Assembly (NCBI GenBank): GCA_041752695.1
Contig: JBGSVZ010000043.1
Span: forward strand, 41,045-105,044
Source of the DNA: Terrimicrobiaceae bacterium
Lineage (GTDB): Bacteria > Verrucomicrobiota > Verrucomicrobiia > Chthoniobacterales > Terrimicrobiaceae
Length of the DNA stretch: 64,000 nucleotides
Direction of reading: 5' to 3'
Within the stretch, counting starts at the first letter, position 1, and each line of letters opens with the position of its first letter. The position numbers were made by a program, and so were the translations under genes. A model generated the notes under the pieces. The model was not told the DNA's origin. It saw only the letters and a program-made list of their open reading frames with translations, and did not search any database. This document shows positions 57,721-64,000 of the stretch, in pieces.

Positions 57721-60700
57721 ATGAAATTCCGAGCGGACATCACCCAACCCAGGAGGGCCGGAATGGCCTTGGTGGTGACGCTGGCCATCATGGTCCTGAT
57801 GCTGGCGATCACGCTGGCGTTCTTCTCCCAGGTGCTGCTCGAACGCTCGATCAGCGACAGTAGCGCAGCCAATAGTCAGGTCGATCTTCTGGCGCGCAGC
57901 AGTTGCGAGGTGGTGGTCGCGGACATATTGCAGGAAATCGCGGCGGGTTCCGCTCTCGATTCTATGCCCAATGCGCCACGAGCGGTTTTCCAGCCGCTGA
58001 CGGTAAACACGACTGTGACCATGCTCGGGACAAATGTCCTGCTGACGGCCGCCCCCTCACTGACTCTCCAAAAAGTTGTGGCGACCAACGGGACTCCACC
58101 CGTCAATCTCGTCAAACAAAGCCTGGCAGGACGGCCGTTTTTTCAAGTCACGGACGGATACACTAACCATCCTGGATTTGGAGTTGCTCTTGCCCGGGCG
58201 GCGGCGGCAAGTACGACCAACCGGCCGCAACGCGGATTTGGAATCTCAACCAATCGGTGGCTGAAACCTCAGTTGGTCGCCTCTCAAGAAACTCTTCAAC
58301 CACCGGATTGGGTCTATCTGAACCGGCTGGGAGAGACCCGGGCCACATTCTCCTCAACCATGGCGGTGAACCAGCCGGGCAACACGGAACTTGTGATCGG
58401 GCGCTTCGCCTACAACCTCTATGATGTCGGTGGGCTGGTGGACATCAATGTGGTGGGTAACGCCCTTTCCGCATTCGAGAACGCGCGGCGCGGGAGGCTT
58501 CATCAGGTGGCGCTGAATACGGCGCCTGCCCCGATGACGATGCCAGACCACGCCAATTTTGTCGCCTGGCGTTCGGGCTCCTCGGGCGCGGATTACGCGG
58601 GGCTGGCCGATCCGACGCGGACGTTTTTGAATGTTCTTCCGGACAATCAGGCTTTCGTCACCCGCCAGGAGTTGCTGCGATTTGCAGGCCAGACGAATAC
58701 GATTCCGGCACAGACCCTGCCGTATTTGACGACCTTCAGTCGGGATTTAAATGCTCCCGGGTATGCGCCACAGTCAACCCGTCCCAAGCTGCCGGCCTTG
58801 CCCAATCCTGATGAGTTGAATCCCCCGCTGACCGCGATGCGTTTTGAGGTGCAGACGGTTCTGACAAGGGGAACTGATCCTGATGTGACGGTACCCGCCG
58901 GCACTCCTGTGATGGTTCGGAGATTCCCGCTTTCGAAACTGAATCTCTTGGCGGAGGCAACGCCGGACGCGGCGACTTTGTCCTATTATTTCGGACTGCG
59001 ACGCACGGCGCAGAACACTTACGAATACACGGCCACCAGTGACGACGGGCGGATCAAAAAACTGTCTGAAGTCGCCGACGACGGCCGGGAGCCAAATTTC
59101 TTCGAAGTGCTGCAGGCCGTGATTCTGACGGGCTCGCTGGGGCGGAATGCCGGCAACACTCTTACCCTGGACGATCCTCGTGATTCGCTGCGCAACCTCC
59201 AGGTCATGCAGATTGGTGCCAATCTGATCGACCAGTGGGACGGGGACGATTTCCCCACCACTGTGCAATTTCCGTCCGGAACCCCTGGTACATTTCTCGA
59301 CTCCCATGGCGTGGAAAATCTGCCGTATATTAACAACATCGCGATGATGGGTCATCGCCCGATTTTCAACCGTGACCTCTTTCAAATCTGGGCGGTCTTC
59401 GACGTTTGGAACCCGCACCAAAACGCGTCCACCCCGCCCTCAAACCTCGAATTTCGCATTCAGCCGCGTTCGGGCCGATGCCGTGCCACCCTCCTGTATG
59501 ATATCGTCTCACGTCCCGCAAATGCGACGCGTGACCCGTTGCTGGAAAATTTGGAAGACAGCAACAGTCCTCCCGGAGTGTTCAAAGACATTACAGTATT
59601 AAATGCAAACCGGGAGCTGAGGTTTTCCTCGGCGGACTATTCCTCGCCGACCATTATCGGCGGTGGCCTTGCTCCGGCGGCCCAGGATTCCACCACCGGC
59701 TTGTTACTCTACGATTTCGAACAGCCTGTCCTCGCGGCTGTCCCCGCCAAGGCAGCGCGGAGTGCCGCGTTACAGCAGGATCTAAATGCCCTCATGGCGT
59801 ATGATTTTCCTTACACTGCCGTCCCACCTGCCTACGCGAGCGACCCTGTGACGGGAGACCGTATTTATCCCGCGGCGACAACGATTTCTGGCCTAAATCC
59901 GGTGGCATGGACGCAAACGACCAACGGTCTTGGCCAGAAGGTGGTATTCGCCAACTACGGCGTGAAAGCGCACAATCTTTTTCGCATTTGGGGAGACGCG
60001 CCGGGCAGCAAAATCATCGTGGACCTTCAAGTCCGGCGCATAGGAGATACCACGTGGAAAACGTATCAGACCTTCGATCAGTTTCTGCCGCGGCTGTCGG
60101 ATCCTGGAACAGCGAGCTTCAAAGGTCACGGCGATGCCACCAATACGAGCACGCAGGATTCCGAGGAGGCGACGGTGGACTACCAGATCGATACGCACCA
60201 CTCGGCGCTCGCCACGGGAAGCCCGTTGTGGCAGTCCCGTTTTTACGGCTGGAGGCAGCCGCGCTCTCAGATCAGTCTGGTCAAATTTGACCCGCGCACA
60301 GTCCGGTTCGGACATTCCGGGCATACGGGACTTTCGGGGTTGGATCTTCTCGGGACGACCATCCGTCAAAACGCTGCGCTGCCCACAGCGTGGACCGGTG
60401 GAAACGCCGGCATCGAGAACCAGGGGGTAAACTGGCGGGTTCTCCGGGATGGGTGGATTACCGGGACGCAAACCGCCGCCGCCTTTGAATGGATTGGACC
60501 GGGAGCAAATCCCGCGCTCTATCGCATTCCTTTTGGAGTAATCGCCAATATCCCCGAGGGAACAATCAATCCGCTGTCCAATCCCTCGCGCTACAGGGAT
60601 GTGGACGGGATTATCCGACCGGGTGACGGATACCTCGGCGCGCTTCCTACGGTGCCGGGACGAATCGCGGACCGGCCGCTGATTTTGAACCGCCCGTTTC

Positions 60701-61296
60701 AGTCCGTCGGAGAGATGGGTTATGTCTTTCGGGATCTTCCCTGGAAGACTCTGGATTTTACGACGCGGAACTCTGGAGATCTGGGATTGCTGGATGCATT
60801 TTCCACCGACGAAACGGCGGGGGATCTCCCGCTGGTGGCAGGCAAAGTCAATCTCAACACCGCGCCAGCCCCGGTGTTGGCCGCTCTTCTCACTGGTTCG
60901 GGGAAAACGCAGGATGCCACGCTGGTTCTATCGGCCATCGAAGCCACCCAGATTGCGGCCGCGCTCACCAACGCCCGCCAGTCCGCCCCGTTTCGCGACA
61001 CAGGGGATTTAGTGGCGCGTGCGCTTTCTCCTCTTTCCGCGACTAATGGCAGCCCGATCACTGACATTCGCAAGACCGAGCGGGAGGCCGCCATCCGCAC
61101 GCTGGGCGGGATCGGATCCACGCGGACTTGGAATTTCCTGCTGGATCTGGTCGTGCAAGGCGGGAGGTTTTCAGGGGCGGCTCAAGATGCGAACCAGTTT
61201 TCGGTGCGCGCCGAACGGCGGTATTGGGTGCATCTCGCCATCGACCGTATCACCGGGGAAGTTTTGGATCGGCAATGGGAGGTTGTGAATGAATAG
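57721..61296 (+). CDS. Large PilX/GspK-like protein (Verru_Chthon cassette protein A-like)
   Basis: RRAG-MALVVTLAIMVLML prepilin-like N-terminus, IGRFAY..YD.GGL.DIN, NRPFQSVGEMGYVFR..PWKTLDF, GKVNLNTA and ERRYW..IDR. Confidence 0.8.
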   Translation: MKFRADITQPRRAGMALVVTLAIMVLMLAITLAFFSQVLLERSISDSSAANSQVDLLARSSCEVVVADILQEIAAGSALDSMPNAPRAVFQPLTVNTTVTMLGTNVLLTAAPSLTLQKVVATNGTPPVNLVKQSLAGRPFFQVTDGYTNHPGFGVALARAAAASTTNRPQRGFGISTNRWLKPQLVASQETLQPPDWVYLNRLGETRATFSSTMAVNQPGNTELVIGRFAYNLYDVGGLVDINVVGNALSAFENARRGRLHQVALNTAPAPMTMPDHANFVAWRSGSSGADYAGLADPTRTFLNVLPDNQAFVTRQELLRFAGQTNTIPAQTLPYLTTFSRDLNAPGYAPQSTRPKLPALPNPDELNPPLTAMRFEVQTVLTRGTDPDVTVPAGTPVMVRRFPLSKLNLLAEATPDAATLSYYFGLRRTAQNTYEYTATSDDGRIKKLSEVADDGREPNFFEVLQAVILTGSLGRNAGNTLTLDDPRDSLRNLQVMQIGANLIDQWDGDDFPTTVQFPSGTPGTFLDSHGVENLPYINNIAMMGHRPIFNRDLFQIWAVFDVWNPHQNASTPPSNLEFRIQPRSGRCRATLLYDIVSRPANATRDPLLENLEDSNSPPGVFKDITVLNANRELRFSSADYSSPTIIGGGLAPAAQDSTTGLLLYDFEQPVLAAVPAKAARSAALQQDLNALMAYDFPYTAVPPAYASDPVTGDRIYPAATTISGLNPVAWTQTTNGLGQKVVFANYGVKAHNLFRIWGDAPGSKIIVDLQVRRIGDTTWKTYQTFDQFLPRLSDPGTASFKGHGDATNTSTQDSEEATVDYQIDTHHSALATGSPLWQSRFYGWRQPRSQISLVKFDPRTVRFGHSGHTGLSGLDLLGTTIRQNAALPTAWTGGNAGIENQGVNWRVLRDGWITGTQTAAAFEWIGPGANPALYRIPFGVIANIPEGTINPLSNPSRYRDVDGIIRPGDGYLGALPTVPGRIADRPLILNRPFQSVGEMGYVFRDLPWKTLDFTTRNSGDLGLLDAFSTDETAGDLPLVAGKVNLNTAPAPVLAALLTGSGKTQDATLVLSAIEATQIAAALTNARQSAPFRDTGDLVARALSPLSATNGSPITDIRKTEREAAIRTLGGIGSTRTWNFLLDLVVQGGRFSGAAQDANQFSVRAERRYWVHLAIDRITGEVLDRQWEVVNE

Positions 61297-62026
61297 GTTT
61301 GCCACAACCATCGCCGTGCTTGCGATGGCACTTTTTCCGCTGGCGGGGTGGGCGCAGATTGCGGAATCCGGAGCGGGGCTGTTGGCGCCCTTCAAACCAG
61401 GCCTCGCTTGGAAGGTGGAGGAACTCCCGCAGTCACGGAAAATTCTGTCCCGGGGCGATCCGGCATCGCGAACGCAAACCGAAGCGGCCGAAGTGACCGG
61501 CCCGACTGGCTCCGGCGAGGACAATACGATCATGGCCGACGGCTTCCGGAAGCAGATTTTGTCCGACGACAAGCTGGTCCGGTATATTCGCGGGAGTCTG
61601 GTCATTTCGGAAAACTCTTCCGGCACCGAATTTTCGATCGAATCTCTCGATCCCGATCTCGCTCGCGATCGAATCAGTTCCAGTCGCCTGCTGGAATTTG
61701 CCTGGATTGCCCCGCAGTGGAAAGTCGGTCCTGCCGTGGTGGAGGGAGTCGAATGTGACGTGTACGCCCGTCCATGGCCGCTCGACGCGGCGGTAGAAAA
61801 TTCGGATGCTGGTCAGGCGGGTTCTCTCCCGGATCAATGGATCTATGCGGCGGTCGGCCGCACGGATAAACTGCCCCGCCGACTGGAGTCGCCGGTCACG
61901 GTGCGACGTTATCGTTTTACGATGAAAAACCCTCCCCCCGAACTGCCCGCTGGCGCGGTTCTTGCTATTCACCGGATGAATGAATCCGCAAAAGAAATGG
62001 CTCAGCGCTATGCCGTACCGCAATAA
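61289..62026 (+). CDS. Secreted hypothetical protein within the pseudopilin cassette
   Basis: Signal peptide (…AGWA-Q); overlaps both neighbours. Confidence 0.72.
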   Translation: MNRFATTIAVLAMALFPLAGWAQIAESGAGLLAPFKPGLAWKVEELPQSRKILSRGDPASRTQTEAAEVTGPTGSGEDNTIMADGFRKQILSDDKLVRYIRGSLVISENSSGTEFSIESLDPDLARDRISSSRLLEFAWIAPQWKVGPAVVEGVECDVYARPWPLDAAVENSDAGQAGSLPDQWIYAAVGRTDKLPRRLESPVTVRRYRFTMKNPPPELPAGAVLAIHRMNESAKEMAQRYAVPQ

Positions 62027-62633
62027 AAACGAAAATCACAGGTGCGGCAGTTTTGCCCGAGGATTTTCCCTTGTGGAGCTTCTTGTGGTCCTTGCCTTTT
62101 TCGGCCTTTTGCTCGGAATTTCCGTGCCAGCGGTGAATTCCATCGGACGCGGGCAGGACACGGCAAAGAGTGCGAACGATATCGCCGGTTTGCTCGACCT
62201 TGCTCGTTCCCACGCCAAATCGGCGAACGTCCGGGTGGAAGTGGGGTTTTCCTCCGACGCCTCGGGTTTGCAGGTCGCCGTGATTTCTGCGCGGGAGGGG
62301 GTGACTTTTACTTCCGTTAGCCGGGTCCATCGCTTCCCAAGGGTCAGGCTGGCCGACGTGGCGGACGGAGGGAGGCCCGCGGCGGACCTGGTGCTCGCGG
62401 AGAATCGGGCGGGCTTTCTGCCGTCCTTCGAGTTTTCGGGCAAGACCTTCGACCGGGTCATCGAGTTCAATAGTCGCGGTGAAGCGCGCGCCCTCACGAA
62501 CGGGCTCGCCCGGTGTATCGAAATCGGTCTTCTTCCCAATGTGGACGGCATGACCCCCGCGGCCATGCAAAGCAATTCCGGGGCTGTGCAGGTGGCGGGC
62601 CTTTCCGGCGGTGTGGCGGTCTATCGCCCATGA
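62010..62633 (+). CDS. Prepilin-type protein (GspH/FimT; Verru_Chthon D-like)
   Basis: RG-FSLVELLVVLA cleavage/methylation motif; LARSHA and IEFNSRGEA. Confidence 0.83.
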   Translation: MPYRNKNENHRCGSFARGFSLVELLVVLAFFGLLLGISVPAVNSIGRGQDTAKSANDIAGLLDLARSHAKSANVRVEVGFSSDASGLQVAVISAREGVTFTSVSRVHRFPRVRLADVADGGRPAADLVLAENRAGFLPSFEFSGKTFDRVIEFNSRGEARALTNGLARCIEIGLLPNVDGMTPAAMQSNSGAVQVAGLSGGVAVYRP

Positions 62634-63079
62634 AACAGGCGTTGTCGCCTTCGTCCGCAGGTTTCAGCTTGATCGAGGTGGCCATTGCGTTTGGGATCAT
62701 TTCCTTCGCCCTGGTCGTGCTTTTGGCGCTGCTTCCCATGGGTCTCTCCTCGTCGCGCGAGGCCTCAGCGGAGGAAGCCGCGACGGAGTTGCTTGCGGCC
62801 ACCAGTGCCGACCTTCGCAATGCTTCGCCTGGTGCGACGGAAACCCCTCTGTTTCAGCTTCCGCCGAATCCCCAGGGCGAGGCGACGGAATATTTTTCCG
62901 CCAGCGGGGCCAAAACCACTGCGGTGGTCGATGCGAGATTCCGCCTGACAATTGCCGGTCGCGCCAATGCGAACCCCGGGTTGCAGGTTTTGCATGTGAC
63001 CGTTTCGTGGCCTCCCCAGATGACGCCTCCCACCGGACTCGTGGAAACCCTCGTGATGCGCGCGAAACCCCTGCGATAG
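62630..63079 (+). CDS. Prepilin-type protein (GspI/PilV; Verru_Chthon B-like)
   Basis: AG-FSLIEVAIAFGIISFALVVLLALLPMGL and VTVSWP. Confidence 0.85.
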   Translation: MKQALSPSSAGFSLIEVAIAFGIISFALVVLLALLPMGLSSSREASAEEAATELLAATSADLRNASPGATETPLFQLPPNPQGEATEYFSASGAKTTAVVDARFRLTIAGRANANPGLQVLHVTVSWPPQMTPPTGLVETLVMRAKPLR

Positions 63080-63864
63080 TGAAAACCCGCCGGACATGTG
63101 CGCGAAAGGGTTTCTCCCTGGTGGAGTTGCTGGTTGCGAGCGCCATTCTGCTCGTGCTGCTGTTCGCGCTCCTTAGTATGACCAACAGCACGGTCCTGTT
63201 CGCCAAGCTGGCCCAGCGCAAGATGGATTCCGCTTCGAGCCTGCGTTCGTCGATGGACCGAATGACGGCGGACCTTAGTTCCGCGGTATTGCGAGATGAT
63301 CTTCCGCCGCTGTTTGTGCGCTCCATGGCGGCGGACGGGAGTGATGAGTTCTACTTGCATTCCCAAGCAGAAGGATACGGCGGCGAGCGTGGTGTTAGCG
63401 TGATAGGATATCGTATCCGGGATGGGAAGCTCGAGCGCGGGGCCCAGGGAACGGGGTGGACGACAAACTTTCTGCGGTTCACCGAGGCTTTGGGAACCAA
63501 TACCATTCAATCCGAAAATTTTGACGTCGTGGGCGCGAAGGTCTTCCGGCTAAAAGTCGAATTTCTGGGCAAAGACGGTTCCATGTTGACCGGTGCCGCC
63601 TCGCCGACAAATTGGAATCAGGTGAGTGCGGTGGTCCTTAATCTGGCTGCGGTGGATGCCAAAGCCCTGCAAATCACAGGAATTCCGCCAGAGGATTTTG
63701 CGCAATTGCTTCCCGGTCTTGCCACAAATCCCAGTGTCGGGATTCTTGCGGACTGGCAGGAAACGCTGAACGATCCCGCGTTTTTTGGAGCGGGGGGACG
63801 CTTTCCCTCGGAGGCACGCCAGGGGATCGAGGTCCGTCGGAGAATTGTTCGTCTGTCCAACTAA
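63079..63864 (+). CDS. Prepilin-type protein (GspJ/PilW; Verru_Chthon C-like)
   Basis: KG-FSLVELLVASAIL, MDRM..DLSSA and VSVIGYR; GTG start overlaps the upstream TAG. Confidence 0.83.
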   Translation: MKTRRTCARKGFSLVELLVASAILLVLLFALLSMTNSTVLFAKLAQRKMDSASSLRSSMDRMTADLSSAVLRDDLPPLFVRSMAADGSDEFYLHSQAEGYGGERGVSVIGYRIRDGKLERGAQGTGWTTNFLRFTEALGTNTIQSENFDVVGAKVFRLKVEFLGKDGSMLTGAASPTNWNQVSAVVLNLAAVDAKALQITGIPPEDFAQLLPGLATNPSVGILADWQETLNDPAFFGAGGRFPSEARQGIEVRRRIVRLSN

Positions 63865-64000
63865 GGAAACGCTGATTTAATCGGCAGTCGGGATTGCCAA
63901 AGGAGAGGGAAAAAGGCAAAAGAGGGAATGGAAAGCCAACTGAGCTTCGCGGTGAACGAGTTCCGCGGGAAAAAGAAGCAAACGAAGCGTGAAAAGTTCC
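63865..64000 (+). mobile_element. Left end of an IS5-family insertion sequence; transposase starts at 63928 (3'-partial)
   Basis: CTAA (YTAR) target at 63861-63864, then GGAAACGCTGATTTAATC terminus; ORF MESQLSFAVNEFRGKKKQTKREKF resembles IS5 transposase N-termini. Confidence 0.85.

Overview
GC-rich bacterial DNA, most likely Verrucomicrobiota (Chthoniobacterales-like), inferred from a PEP-CTERM protein and a Verru_Chthon-type pseudopilin cassette. 1-33 kb looks like core or semi-core genome. It holds three GH13 alpha-glucan enzymes, a PAS hybrid kinase, oppBC, leuCD, a copper efflux operon (leader ORF, YHS-like protein, copA, cusB, cusA), hflX, a frameshifted GxxExxY gene inside 9-bp-periodic inverted repeats, mscS, nadE and tRNA-Gly(TCC). 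Directly after the tRNA is a ~30 kb accessory block for breaking down acylated amino sugars or sialic-acid-like glycans (LacI, nagB/nagA-like, two PIG-L deacetylases, an N-acyltransferase, DUF4838, two BNR sialidase-like proteins, two sialate O-acetylesterases, an aldolase and oxidoreductases). It ends in a pseudopilin cassette and the left end of an IS5 element. Three signals stand out. (1) A Cys/His-rich leader ORF ends in HAPP, and its last codons can pair with the start region of the copper operon (candidate metal-sensing ribosome-arrest switch). (2) An 'empty' and a 'GxxExxY-filled' inverted-repeat cassette sit in tandem and duplicate the ends of both flanking genes. (3) A 5-6-copy palindromic operator (AAATACACCGGTGTATTT) links the glycan genes, the PEP-CTERM gene and the pseudopilin cassette. 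All calls come from reading motifs by eye; no database searches were run.
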